A DNA stretch of 64,000 nt from Microcoleus sp. (GTDB lineage Bacteria; Cyanobacteriota; Cyanobacteriia; Cyanobacteriales; Microcoleaceae), in assembly GCA_042408215.1 (NCBI GenBank), contig JAYFMW010000007.1:96001-160000 (forward strand), read 5' to 3'. Numbering within the stretch: position 1 is the first letter of the stretch; the number at the start of each line of letters is the position of its first letter. Below, piece after piece: positions 28,401-37,769 of the stretch. The notes under the pieces were generated by a model. It did no database searches. It was given only the letters and a program-made list of their open reading frames with translations, and was not told where the DNA came from. The translations under genes and the position numbers were made by a program.

Positions 28401-31400
28401 ATTGTAGTTCTGCCCCGCAGTAAGACTCCTCGGTAGCGTGAAGTTAGTGCTAGTATTTGCGGGGTCATTTAAAGGTTGATTAAGAGGTGTAATCCCGTCA
28501 TGGCCGTACCACTTGCCAGTATCTTTCTTCCAAGTCGCTGTCAGAATTCGGTTGGGATTGAAATCGTCATAACCGTTCCAAGGCTTGGAAAGAAGTTGAC
28601 GCTTTTGTGTTTCCGAGAATCCGGGAAGGAGTGCCGAATCCGATAAATTGACAACCTTATCCCAGGGCAATAAACCCTCCCCTTTATCGAAGGTACTGAC
28701 AAAAAGATTAACCTCTTTCACATCCTCCCAACCCGGAGCAAACTGCCATTGAAAAGTCGGAGTCAGGTCATTTGTAGTTGCACCAGGCCCCTTCAAATTC
28801 AGCCAGTCAGTCGGTGCAGAACTCAAATCCCGTAAATTGCCTCCAGTACCGACTGGTGCGCGTGTTGTCCCCGGCAGCACCCCATAAGTAAACTGATTAG
28901 CAGGTCGGTTCTCCTTAGTAATCCCATAATCAGCAGCAATACTAATAGCCGGATTTATATCATCAATAGGAACCCTTGTGAAATCAGCAGCAGTCACAGA
29001 CCTCGCCGTAGTAGCATTGAAGAAAGGAGACTTAACACCCCTGTCAAGACTATCAATTTTGAATTGACCAGGATTGTCCAGAGTTTTAATCATTTCCTCA
29101 ACATCGAAAGCATAAACGCTCCCAGCACTACTAGGAGCTGGGTAAGAAGAAAATAGGGATTTATTGTCATTCGATAGTACCAAATCGTTCGTCAGTCCCC
29201 CAGGAATCGGTCTGGTAGCAGCTACTAATTGAGGATTTGGCCCCAAGGGGTCTTTGATAATACCAATGTTGCTTCCAGAGCGCGGATCTGGCTCGAGAGC
29301 GACATTATCTCTATTGTTGCGACCTGCAACAAACGCATACCGCCCGTCACGCATTACCGTTACAGAAACTCCCTCGTTGACATCAAAGTAATCGTTAGCA
29401 GAACCCAGCGATAAATCTATGTAGCGGTTAGTGGCTGTAAAGTTAAGGGGGTCATCCGATGCGATCTCAAGCACCCCGTAGCCCTTACCGTCCGTAGTGG
29501 TGTTCCCACTAGTGAAAATCATCGCTTTGGGATTTGAGGTAGCCGTCAGCCCTGTAACTCCCAGCGGCCCTGTAGGTCCCAGCGGTCCTGCAACGGCTCC
29601 AATTTGCTCGTGCCATTTGCGAGGGTTAGAGTTAGGTTGGTTTGGTCGGTCTTTAGGGTCAATGTTGACCGCGTAAATGTAATTGTCGGACGCGGTAGCA
29701 AAAAGCTTGTGCCCGTCACTGCTAATTGCCAGATTACGCAGTTTGGTGGTGTTTGAGCCGAGGTTTATGGTTTTGATGACCTGATGGTACGTTGTTGAGA
29801 AGGGGTCGATGTCGAGGACGTAGATGTTGGGCCGATCGCGATCGGCAATGTAAGCATAATTATCCTTGGGGTCGATCGCGATCGCCCCCGGTAGAGCACC
29901 GGCAGGCAATGCAATGGGGTTGACACCTAGAATATCCGGCTGAGTATCTACCTGCCGCAAAACCATCGGATCTACCAAAACTACTTGACCTGATTGCCTT
30001 AAGGTCACGTAAGCCCGAGTGCCGTCGCTAGTTGTCGCGGTCGCCTCCGCCCAGCCACCCACAGGAATGCTTGACAGTAGCAAGTCACTGCTGCGAGCAG
30101 CTTCCACCACAGATTTGGGGTCCGTACCGTCCAAAACGGCCACCCGGTTAGCGCCGCCCAAGGCTGCAAAGACGTACTCGGCCCCCTCGGGCAACTGCAT
30201 GGAATTGCTGCTGTACTCCATTGCTTCGTACACCGGCGCCGTGCCGTTTTGTTCTACCAACTGATTTTGTTTCCGAGTCACAACGATGTGGGATGCCCCC
30301 AACGGCACGGTGTCGGGTACTCTCACCGCTACTTCATACTGATTGCCCCCGAGATTCCGGCTGCGGTTGGGCAATACCGTTCCCTCATACACGCGATTCC
30401 CAACCTGAAATTTCACAACCAAGTCCTCAAACCGACTGCCTTTGGAGTCGCTGGCATTATTGACTAAAATGTTGCCCCCCGTCAGAAATAAGAGGGGCTC
30501 ATTGTTCTCAAATTGCTGGTTGTTCTCATCCTTGAATTTCAGTTCAGCCTTTTGGAGGACAGGAGGTGTTGTGGGGTCAGAGGTAGTTGGGGCTGGCATA
30601 TTCAAAGCTGCCTTAAATGTGGCAGTACCGTCGTCGTTTCGCTGCACGCCCACCTCTGTGACTACGGGAAGTCCCACCTTGGGGATTGCTACTACCTGTA
30701 CTGAAGATATGTCGCGAGTTACTGTAAAGGCCGGGGTGGTAACGAATTTGTCCGGGTCGATTAACTGACCGATGTTTCCCAGGGGGTCAATGATGCCAAA
30801 AAATGCTAGGGGGAAGTTGTAGTTGAGGGTAAGCTGACCTTTGACTAAGGTGGCGCTGCCTGTCGGACTGGCGTAAACTACTGCGTATTCGCCCGGTCTG
30901 ACTACACCTGGATAGGGAGGAGACTGGGTGCGAATCTTGCCGTCATCTCCGACTATGCCTGATTCTTCTTGCAGCCAAATCGGATTCCAAGTGCCGGTTG
31001 CGTCAGGAATTGCTCCTTTTCGGAGGAAGTATGCTACAGTTCCTGGTGCTAATCCGGCTGGTGCTGGTATTGCTAACTGGGCGGGTATATTCAGGGAGTT
31101 ATCGCTAAAGTTTAAGTTGAAGGCTCCTGCAAATTCAAATCCCGGTGGTAGTGGTAGGGACAAGTTTTGTTGGTTGACTGGGGCAATGCTGACGGTTGCA
31201 TTCTGTTTGAGAGCGCCCGGAGGTATCATTACTGCTAGGGTTCCGTCGCTTGAGTTGATGATGCCACCGTCGGTTCCCAAGGCAGTCGTGCCGATTTTCG
31301 GTACTTCGACTCGAACTGGAATGGTGGCGGATGCGGTTCCGTGAATGGCTGTGACGGTGGCATCGCCAATGCCGACTGCTGTAATGGTGCCGTCGGGACT

Positions 31401-34400
31401 GACGTTGAGGATGTTGCTGTTGTTGCTAAAGTAGCGCGTACCTGTGCTGGCTGCGGTTAGGTTGGCTTCGGTGAAGTTGGAGTTTAAGCCGAGAGAGAGT
31501 TTCCGGGTTGCACCGGGTGTCAGGGAGACGGCATCTGGGTATGGGTCTAGTCCGTACATTTCGGCTAGTATCTGATGCAGTTGAGCGTCTGTTGTGGGTG
31601 CTGGCATTGTCCCAATTCGGATTGGGGTGACTGCTTGCAGGTTGTTGCGACTCGCGCTCAAAACTGAAGTGCCGTTGACCAAACCTGTCACTTTCCCCGT
31701 TGGATCAATTGGTGCTACTTCTGGATTGAAAGAAGTGTAAGTTAAATAAGAATCTGGCAGCACTACACCTTTTTGGTCGGCAAAATCTCCGAGCACAACT
31801 AATTCCGTATTTTCTCCTGCATTGAGGCTCGGATTTCGCTTCACAAAATCTAGATTCAGCAGCGGAACATCGCTGACGTTGACTGTCACCCGCGCGGGAG
31901 TTGAACTCCCAAAAGCGTCGCTGGCAAGGAAATCAAAGCTGGCAATTCCAGAGAAACCGGTTGCTGGTTTAAACGATGCTTTGTTAGTTAAGGGATTGAA
32001 AATTACCGTGCCGTTTACTGGACCCTGGACGCTAATTGTCAGAGGGTCGCCTTCTACATCTGTGGCAAGATTGTCTAATGAAATAGTTGTCTCTAATTCT
32101 GTGTAAGTCCGAGCGTTTGTCGGTAAAACAACGGGCGGATTGTTGTCAGAATTCGGGGGATTGGCTTCGGCGAGCAATTGTTGTCCTAGGGGAGTATTGC
32201 GCCACTCTCTGTCAGGATTGATGACTGTATCTAGCAGCGGTGCGTTTCCTGTTGCGCCACTAATTTTAAAGATTAGGTCATTGTAGTCGCTGTCAGAGTT
32301 AGGAGGCGACATATCTTCCAGGGCAAAGGTGTTGCCGCTGCCGGTAATGTCGGCTATTTGTAGCAGATGAGCGGTATCGTTGGGATTGGCTGTGGCGATA
32401 CTGAATAAGGGGCGGTTTTCGGGGAACAAATTTCCCGAATATGAGGATTGGAAGGATGATTGTATTGTAGCGTTGGGGACTAACATGACGGCAAAGGTGT
32501 CGCCTGGTAGCATGGAGAAAGTTTTGATACCCTGATATTCGCCGCTGCCCCAATCCCCGTCGAAGGGCATCGCACCGGTGAATTTTGCTCCTTCTGTACT
32601 GTCGCTGATGACAATATGTCCGTCGGTGGAATTGCTTAAAACTCTACGGGATGCTTCGGCGATAAATTCTGGAGTTCCGGGTGTGAATGCGGACATTCCC
32701 GCAAGGCTGAAAATGCCGACTTCGCCTTGAAAGTAGCCGCCGTCAAACTGATAGTCAAATTTGACTTGTCCTTGGTCATCTACAAGGAAAGTGCCACTGG
32801 GTGAATTGGCTGCTGCTGTTATTGAGAGATTTGTTGGGGAATTGGTATTGGTTTGGAAGTCGCCTGTACGCTGTGTTGAATTGGGTTGAGTGTCTGCAAT
32901 ATTGTCTGAAAATTGAGCAGAGTTTTCGGTCGCTGATGGCTGCAAACCGCTTGTTATATCTGCGGATTTTGGCGCAATTTCGGTATCGGAATACGCGGGT
33001 AGGACGGCGACAGTTTCTGTGGGATTTGAATGGCTATTATGATTTTTTGAATTGGGTTCTGGTTCGAGAGAATTAACAGCAACTGGCAGGGTTTTCTCGG
33101 TTTCTAATTCGGCTGCTGTGAAGGAAACAACGATGTCCCGTTCGATTGTATCAGCAGTGAATTCTGCTGGTTTTAGCAAATCGGTTTTTGTTGGCAATTG
33201 TTCGGTTTCAAGTTCTCCTGTTATTTCAGCGACCGGGATGTCCAGAACCACCGTGCCAGAATTGATTTCTGCGGTAATAATCGACTCGTTTTTTGTGGGC
33301 AATTCTTCGGCTGTGGTAGAAACATTGGAGTGGGTTTCTTTTGGTGATTGTTCGCCCACATTAGAGCTGAGTAAGTCTGTTTTTGCAGGAGAATTTTCTG
33401 CAAGTGGAGCGATAATTGACTCTGTTTCTGCGGGAGGTTTAGAAATGCTTGCAGTTACAGTTGTGTCGGTTTTGATTAATTCAGCATCTGCTGATAGACT
33501 GACAATAGATTCTGTTTTAACTGGCTGTTTAATTTCCGAAAGTGAGTCAGTATTGTTCGGAGTTTTTTCTGGGGTTTTAACTGCTGCTGTTGCTGTCGTC
33601 ACCGCTACATTTTCACTGGCTGCTGTTTTTGGTGTTGCAGCAGGTTCGGTTTTTAATGGGTCTATTTTTCCTGAATCATTCGGTTTGTCAGTTAAAGATT
33701 GAGTAGCGGTTTGTACTGGATTTTTTAAATCTGTTGATTTGACTTCTTCTCTGATATTAACGTCAGGTGAAACTGGGTTAGATGTGGCCAGAATTAATGG
33801 GGCTGTTGCGGGCTGTGTTGTTGGTTGTTGAGAATTTGAAGTGGGTTTTTCGGTCGCTATTGCATCGACTGTTGGCGATTGTTTTTCGGAATCTATCTTG
33901 TCATCAGTTTTGGTAACTGGCGACTGTTTGTCTGTAGAGGTTTTATCAGTCGAGGGTATGTTTGGGCTAGCTGCAACTGTTTGGGTTGAATTTGTTACTG
34001 CAATTTTATCGGATTCTTCTGATGAATTTGTACTGCGCTCTGGTATTATGGTTGATACAGTTGCAGGTGCTGTTTTGTTCGGTTCTAATTTATCAGTCGG
34101 TGATACAGTTGCGGGTGCTGTTTTATTTGGTTCTAATTTATCAGTCGGTGATACAGTTACAGGTACTGTTTTATTTGGTTCTAATTTATCAGTCGGTGAT
34201 ACAGTTACAGGTACTGTTTTATTTGGTTCTAATTTATCAGTCGGTGATACAGTTACAGGTACTGTTTTATTTGGTTCTAGTTTATCAGTCGGTGATACAG
34301 TTGCGGGTACTGTTTTGTTCGGTTCTAGTTTATCAGTCGGTGATACAGTTGCGGGTACTGTTTTGTTCGGTTCTAGTTTATCAGTCGGTAATACAGTTGC

Positions 34401-35003
34401 AGGTGCTGTTTTGTTCGGTTCTAGTTTATCAGTCGGTAATACAGTTGCAGGTGCTGTTTTGTTGGGTTCTGACTCGCTTTTTAGTGTAGCCTCTGAGGAT
34501 AAGGGTGTTTTTTTATCTTCGGGTTTTGAACTCGTTTCAGCGGTTGCGGGTAATGGTGTTTTGGGAGCAGCTTTTTCGCTTGTTGTGGATGTAGTTACAA
34601 CGGGTGAGATTATTCGATTCGGGTTGGTCAGGGGGTCTCCTAAATCCGAGTCGAGTTTACCAATTAGGGGGTCAATTTCAGAAGTTGTTGCATCCCTGGA
34701 GTAGCTGTTAGTTTTGGGATCGCTGGTTTGAGCAGAAGGTATGCTGTTAAAAGCGGAGGCTTTATTAATAATCAAAGCATCAGCCTTTGCTGCACTAAAT
34801 TCGTCTTTGGGCTGCGAAGCGGTTTCTATTAAGTTAGGTTGTTGGGAGTTTTCGGATTCGCCCGGAGTTTGATATAAGAAAGGTTTTGAGGTTTTAATTC
34901 CCGGCAGGAGCGCGGGCTTTGTCGGGGCTAGTCCGGGAATTAAGGATTCCAGTTCTTCTATTAAAGGTTCTCCAATCGGGTCTGTTAAAGGCACTCTTGG
35001 CAC
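25419..35003 (-). CDS. Giant multidomain putative polymorphic toxin (3194 aa) with a C-terminal DNA/RNA non-specific (NucA-like) endonuclease
   Basis: S/T/P-rich N-terminus; DUF4114-like (FALED...DSDYNDLIF); cadherin/Ig-like; ZU5-like (GGII...IPPGAL); YVTN-like propeller; THGF...GFSRG...IDP...H; IDRGHMAPAADR...ATFLTTNLLPQ...NNRGIW. GTG start is uncertain. Confidence 0.9.
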   Translation of the reverse strand: MPRVPLTDPIGEPLIEELESLIPGLAPTKPALLPGIKTSKPFLYQTPGESENSQQPNLIETASQPKDEFSAAKADALIINKASAFNSIPSAQTSDPKTNSYSRDATTSEIDPLIGKLDSDLGDPLTNPNRIISPVVTTSTTSEKAAPKTPLPATAETSSKPEDKKTPLSSEATLKSESEPNKTAPATVLPTDKLEPNKTAPATVLPTDKLEPNKTVPATVSPTDKLEPNKTVPATVSPTDKLEPNKTVPVTVSPTDKLEPNKTVPVTVSPTDKLEPNKTVPVTVSPTDKLEPNKTAPATVSPTDKLEPNKTAPATVSTIIPERSTNSSEESDKIAVTNSTQTVAASPNIPSTDKTSTDKQSPVTKTDDKIDSEKQSPTVDAIATEKPTSNSQQPTTQPATAPLILATSNPVSPDVNIREEVKSTDLKNPVQTATQSLTDKPNDSGKIDPLKTEPAATPKTAASENVAVTTATAAVKTPEKTPNNTDSLSEIKQPVKTESIVSLSADAELIKTDTTVTASISKPPAETESIIAPLAENSPAKTDLLSSNVGEQSPKETHSNVSTTAEELPTKNESIITAEINSGTVVLDIPVAEITGELETEQLPTKTDLLKPAEFTADTIERDIVVSFTAAELETEKTLPVAVNSLEPEPNSKNHNSHSNPTETVAVLPAYSDTEIAPKSADITSGLQPSATENSAQFSDNIADTQPNSTQRTGDFQTNTNSPTNLSITAAANSPSGTFLVDDQGQVKFDYQFDGGYFQGEVGIFSLAGMSAFTPGTPEFIAEASRRVLSNSTDGHIVISDSTEGAKFTGAMPFDGDWGSGEYQGIKTFSMLPGDTFAVMLVPNATIQSSFQSSYSGNLFPENRPLFSIATANPNDTAHLLQIADITGSGNTFALEDMSPPNSDSDYNDLIFKISGATGNAPLLDTVINPDREWRNTPLGQQLLAEANPPNSDNNPPVVLPTNARTYTELETTISLDNLATDVEGDPLTISVQGPVNGTVIFNPLTNKASFKPATGFSGIASFDFLASDAFGSSTPARVTVNVSDVPLLNLDFVKRNPSLNAGENTELVVLGDFADQKGVVLPDSYLTYTSFNPEVAPIDPTGKVTGLVNGTSVLSASRNNLQAVTPIRIGTMPAPTTDAQLHQILAEMYGLDPYPDAVSLTPGATRKLSLGLNSNFTEANLTAASTGTRYFSNNSNILNVSPDGTITAVGIGDATVTAIHGTASATIPVRVEVPKIGTTALGTDGGIINSSDGTLAVMIPPGALKQNATVSIAPVNQQNLSLPLPPGFEFAGAFNLNFSDNSLNIPAQLAIPAPAGLAPGTVAYFLRKGAIPDATGTWNPIWLQEESGIVGDDGKIRTQSPPYPGVVRPGEYAVVYASPTGSATLVKGQLTLNYNFPLAFFGIIDPLGNIGQLIDPDKFVTTPAFTVTRDISSVQVVAIPKVGLPVVTEVGVQRNDDGTATFKAALNMPAPTTSDPTTPPVLQKAELKFKDENNQQFENNEPLLFLTGGNILVNNASDSKGSRFEDLVVKFQVGNRVYEGTVLPNRSRNLGGNQYEVAVRVPDTVPLGASHIVVTRKQNQLVEQNGTAPVYEAMEYSSNSMQLPEGAEYVFAALGGANRVAVLDGTDPKSVVEAARSSDLLLSSIPVGGWAEATATTSDGTRAYVTLRQSGQVVLVDPMVLRQVDTQPDILGVNPIALPAGALPGAIAIDPKDNYAYIADRDRPNIYVLDIDPFSTTYHQVIKTINLGSNTTKLRNLAISSDGHKLFATASDNYIYAVNIDPKDRPNQPNSNPRKWHEQIGAVAGPLGPTGPLGVTGLTATSNPKAMIFTSGNTTTDGKGYGVLEIASDDPLNFTATNRYIDLSLGSANDYFDVNEGVSVTVMRDGRYAFVAGRNNRDNVALEPDPRSGSNIGIIKDPLGPNPQLVAATRPIPGGLTNDLVLSNDNKSLFSSYPAPSSAGSVYAFDVEEMIKTLDNPGQFKIDSLDRGVKSPFFNATTARSVTAADFTRVPIDDINPAISIAADYGITKENRPANQFTYGVLPGTTRAPVGTGGNLRDLSSAPTDWLNLKGPGATTNDLTPTFQWQFAPGWEDVKEVNLFVSTFDKGEGLLPWDKVVNLSDSALLPGFSETQKRQLLSKPWNGYDDFNPNRILTATWKKDTGKWYGHDGITPLNQPLNDPANTSTNFTLPRSLTAGQNYNFAVEAVSNSGAVTKDLGQFKTLLPVSNSPFSSVSVLTHGFTLLPGQGGIPDSFYEVADSIAKTGNDGLILRYEKPTGSWIPIDKNGGVLTTLTGGLQPTDTNYFRTLTNNIQANYVNQNKSLVLLPEWSLDRESVIPDVGFSEGAADALFASMVQLDLALGGGVGEYEGNQLKRLYDSQGKLIRQQGNLFNSPLHFMGFSRGTVVNSEIVQRLGTFFPQAGGTSMANRDLQMTTIDPHDFYQPSLNLQLPGFISTNFSDFYEPKVQVWNNVTFADNYYQTVANPNGLTATPNGRSLGLLPQEELNKNPKPAGLNFPTVKGDPLGQADREILLGTRQGEPGRENSRIGFTKDDVIGGTHKRAFGWYAGTVDLDLEEVKLQYPHVEASENPQAVNDMLGKMGLPEMFDPNFPAAKPWYDNGNGEGVGEGWFYSVLGGGKEQRTLSSVGRVPVSFDNTLSAGMRGDYAVPTLFNGNFDQFIPNKSGAEEFGRNTISKEIPGWSFHNSATSTLVSPINNLVEWNEIAQQSPNFSNYLSLLGINSQAQNYQPNYALKLGAGESITHNRFVVPDWGVLRLDIHVPESSLNKGGRLKVYLEEVGSPENVKIGEISLEESEPTTEKATRTSLREREPDGSRKTYEVNIPGNYGYDKDTIGYGSSGFETFHIDVPPSLRGKVAKLTFELQGEEPVYIDNAFFKSEVLKWGNPTEARNDFQFENNFLIEKPQYTLSYNRSKNTVNWVGWKLDKTWLGDIKRPPFLGFAQDPELVKTSWYSVKDSDYDALYLKDKDGQVVDNRKGDRYPDGYVDFEIDDNGNYIPILGIDRGHMAPAADRSRTAKDLYATFLTTNLLPQESSNNRGIWETIEGQIRGVINSPNSSGLETYMFAGGYGYYDNPSQRPYTGISQNSNLDPLIQFPVGLWKVVMTKDKNTELPQYAHYGIYLGNDARSGYQKQSIHNLENLLNGDLPGISPQYQFLSNLPESLGKERIKNTIFERLP
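34053..34469 (-). repeat. In-frame 48-bp tandem repeat (TDKLEPNKT[AV]P[AV]TV[SL]P), 8 full copies plus 1 partial
   Basis: Seen directly in the DNA (period 48) and in the translation. Confidence 0.95.
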
Positions 35004-35323
35004 TCCTGATTTGAGGGTTAATTTATTTTTAATTCATTATCTAGCGGTTAATAATTTTTATTATAGGTTGAATTCGATTTTAAACAAATTAGTGAAAGTA
35101 CAGAATTTTTGAGTTTTTTAGACTGTTGCTAGTCAGTTAAATCTATGTATATTTACTGAGAGTTCTTTAATTTCTGCTAAATCTTTATGAAAATAACTGT
35201 TTTCACGTAGGAAAATACTTCAATCATGTTGGAAAATACTTAAATTAACTCATCCACCGCCACGTCGCTTCCCGATCGCCCGTTTCCTCTAGCTCTGGAA
35301 TTCCTTCGATGTCGAAATGAGTT

Positions 35324-35442
35324 AGCTGTTACGCATTTAAACCACTAACGAAGTCTGTAGGGTGCCACGGGTCGTAGGCGTAAGCCGGGGCGCAGCCATC
35401 GCTTATTATACAAGGGAAACGCTGGGGGCTGACGCACCCTAC
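35324..35442 (+). repeat. 98-bp direct repeat, right copy, completed by a REP-like GTAGGGTGC...GCACCCTAC palindrome
   Basis: 35324-35421 matches 393-490; followed by ctgggggctgacgcaccctac. Confidence 0.88.
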
Positions 35443-35471
35443 AATTTTAAAGGTGCGATCGCCCATTCAAA

Positions 35472-37208
35472 CTAAAACCCCAGATCCATCTTAGCAGCTT
35501 CAGCCTCTGCAAATACATCTGCGTCGGGCATTTCTTGCCAATCAATATCACCAATTTCCCTATAAAATTGTTCATCATAAGGGCGAGTTTGCACAACCAC
35601 CGGCATCGGTACCGCGTGCCCCAAAACTAATGCTTGCTGTTTGGAATCTAGTTTAGCCAAAACCGATCGCAAACTTTGGCCTCCCGAAACACCAGTAAAG
35701 ATAGCATCAATGTCCTTATCGTCGTTGAGTAAAGCCGTGATGCGAGTGCCCACTTGCGACATGACTTCGCCGTCGATACCGGAGGGGCGTTGGTCTACAA
35801 TTAACAGGGTTACGAAGTATTTTCGCATTTCTCTGGCGATCGTACCGAAAATGGTCGATCGCACGATCGCCGGATCGAGAAAACGGTGAGCTTCCTCAAT
35901 GGTAATCACTAAGGGTTGCGGGCGATCGCAGGGATTTTTACTCTGCAAAAAATTCTCAGCTTTCCGCACATAAGCTTGGTGAATGCGGCGAGTAATCACG
36001 TTGGCTGCTAACATATAAGACAGCAAATCCGAGTGCGAACCAAACTCAATTACCACATTTTTGCCACCATCCAAACACTGCAAAACTTCAGTTACATAAT
36101 TTTTGGGACAGCGTTTGCGAATGTATTTTAAATCGTTTAATCGCTCTAGTTTTCGCTGCAAAGCCATAATCGAAGACTTATTTCCCCGCTTCTCTTCGCA
36201 AAACATTGAAATATCTTCATTGCTCATTTCCAGCAACTTATTGATCCAACCACTGCCCAACTCGTTTCGCAAAATAATCGCATTTTCGATACTAGCTTCC
36301 GACAGATTTAACTCCCGCTGGACCAGTGCTATGTCTTCCACTTCTATTTGGTCAAAACTCAGAAACAATTCTTGAGCGTCGCGGACACCTCGGCGTTTTG
36401 TCGATGCTGGATCGAGGGTATAAATCTGAATTTGACTGGGAAATAACTGCCGTAAACCTTTAACAGTGCTAAATTGTTTCCCTTCCGAAACCGCTTCCCA
36501 GCCGTACTCCGAGTGCATATCAAAAATTAAATTAACCGCAGCTTGTTTGCGAATAATTCCCGACAATAACAACCGCGTGAGAAAAGATTTTCCGGTTCCA
36601 GATTTGCCAAAAATTCCGTTGCTGCGTTCGACAAATCTATCTAAATCTAAGCATACAGGAACGTCCATGTCAATAGGTTTGCCGATCGCAAAATTGCGGC
36701 GGTACGGGTCATCTTCCCAGCCAAAAACTGCCCGAAAGTCGGTTTCTTTGGCATCAAATACCTGGGAAAAGTGGCTGGGAATGGTTTTAACTGGCAATAG
36801 TTCAATGTCAGCGCTGCTTTGTGGTTGTAGAGAAGCTAAGTTTTCGGCGCTGGATTTTTTACCGTTAGTTTTGTTGGAGTTGGGAGCGAAAATTGCCTGT
36901 TGTTTTTCTCGTTCCGCAGTCAGCATCAACATCGGCGCTAGTTCAATTGTACCGTAGGTGCTGCTACCTGCGAGCACTGCAATCATAAAATCGTCGTTGG
37001 GGTTGGGAGGATTTGATAAAATGCGATCGCTAGAGGTTCCTAGAGACACGTCGGTGAGCATACAGAAAAAGTGCGATCGGACCCCGCGCACTACTAAAAA
37101 TTTCCCTACTCTCATATCTTCTACCGAAACGTCGGCGTGCAGTCGCACTTCTAATCCCTTGCTGAGGGAACCTTGAATAACAGAGCCTAAAGGTTTGTCA
37201 GTTGTCAT
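35472..37208 (-). CDS. HerA/FtsK-like ATPase (DUF87), conserved cyanobacterial type
   Basis: Walker A GKSGTGKS, IFDMHSEY, Walker B ITIEEAHRF, DQRPS. Confidence 0.88.
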   Translation of the reverse strand: MTTDKPLGSVIQGSLSKGLEVRLHADVSVEDMRVGKFLVVRGVRSHFFCMLTDVSLGTSSDRILSNPPNPNDDFMIAVLAGSSTYGTIELAPMLMLTAEREKQQAIFAPNSNKTNGKKSSAENLASLQPQSSADIELLPVKTIPSHFSQVFDAKETDFRAVFGWEDDPYRRNFAIGKPIDMDVPVCLDLDRFVERSNGIFGKSGTGKSFLTRLLLSGIIRKQAAVNLIFDMHSEYGWEAVSEGKQFSTVKGLRQLFPSQIQIYTLDPASTKRRGVRDAQELFLSFDQIEVEDIALVQRELNLSEASIENAIILRNELGSGWINKLLEMSNEDISMFCEEKRGNKSSIMALQRKLERLNDLKYIRKRCPKNYVTEVLQCLDGGKNVVIEFGSHSDLLSYMLAANVITRRIHQAYVRKAENFLQSKNPCDRPQPLVITIEEAHRFLDPAIVRSTIFGTIAREMRKYFVTLLIVDQRPSGIDGEVMSQVGTRITALLNDDKDIDAIFTGVSGGQSLRSVLAKLDSKQQALVLGHAVPMPVVVQTRPYDEQFYREIGDIDWQEMPDADVFAEAEAAKMDLGF

Positions 37209-37273
37209 TTTTTAGATGTTGAACGAAGAGGGAAGTTCGGCAACGGATTTTGTAACGGATTTAACGGATGTAA

Positions 37274-37405
37274 CTCACATCTTGCATCATTCTCAAGAAT
37301 TTGTAGGGGCGGGTTCACCAATAGCCTTAAAGGCTGGAAACAGCTTAAATAAACCCGCCCCCACCCACGAAAAAGCCCCTTATTGACATTGGTGCAAGAT
37401 GTGAG
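37274..37405. mobile_element. 132-bp MITE with 16-bp TIR and 6-bp target-site duplication
   Basis: ctcacatcttgcatca / tggtgcaagatgtgag; ATGTAA on both sides; internal gtaggggcgggtt...aacccgcccc palindrome. Confidence 0.8.
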
Positions 37406-37446
37406 ATGTAACGGATTTTAGTCAGAAGGAAGTTCGGCAATGCCCT

Positions 37447-37652
37447 TCTTTGTGTCAAATTAACGCCAAACCTTGAGTCTATCTTGTTTGTATCAAAATC
37501 TAGATCCCCCCTAACCCCCCTTAATCAGGGGAGTAGGGGGTGGGACAAGAAATATGCTCAAAGTCCCCCTTATTAAGGGGGATTTAGGGGGATCTAGACT
37601 TCGCCTAAAAGCGACATTTATTATGGGTTTCAGTCTTAAGTTGACACCAATG
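37447..37652. mobile_element. MITE-like element, same family as 45901-46098, opposite orientation
   Basis: Right end ttaagttgacaccaatg, degenerate left end; internal tctagatcccccctaa...ttagggggatctaga. Confidence 0.65.
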
Positions 37653-37769
37653 CTATAAGGCCCGATGCCCGATGCTATAAGGCCCGATGCCCAATGCTAT
37701 AAGGCCCAAATGCTATAAGGCCCAAATGCTATAAGGCCCGATTACCAATTACCCATTACCAATTACCCA
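37650..37769. repeat. Short tandem repeats (atgctataaggccc x5; attacc[ac] heptamers)
   Basis: Seen directly, just downstream of the 37770 gene; resembles cyanobacterial STRR repeats. Confidence 0.8.

Noticed and set aside
33052..34704. Long plus-strand ORFs (33052, 33841, 33986)
   Set aside because: Antisense shadows of the low-complexity VNTR region of the giant gene.
35472..37208. HerA-like ATPase as the toxin exporter or a defence component
   Set aside because: It looks like the conserved cyanobacterial DUF87 protein, is HIP1-containing, lies outside the repeat boundary, and has no partner nuclease or Sir2 gene adjacent.
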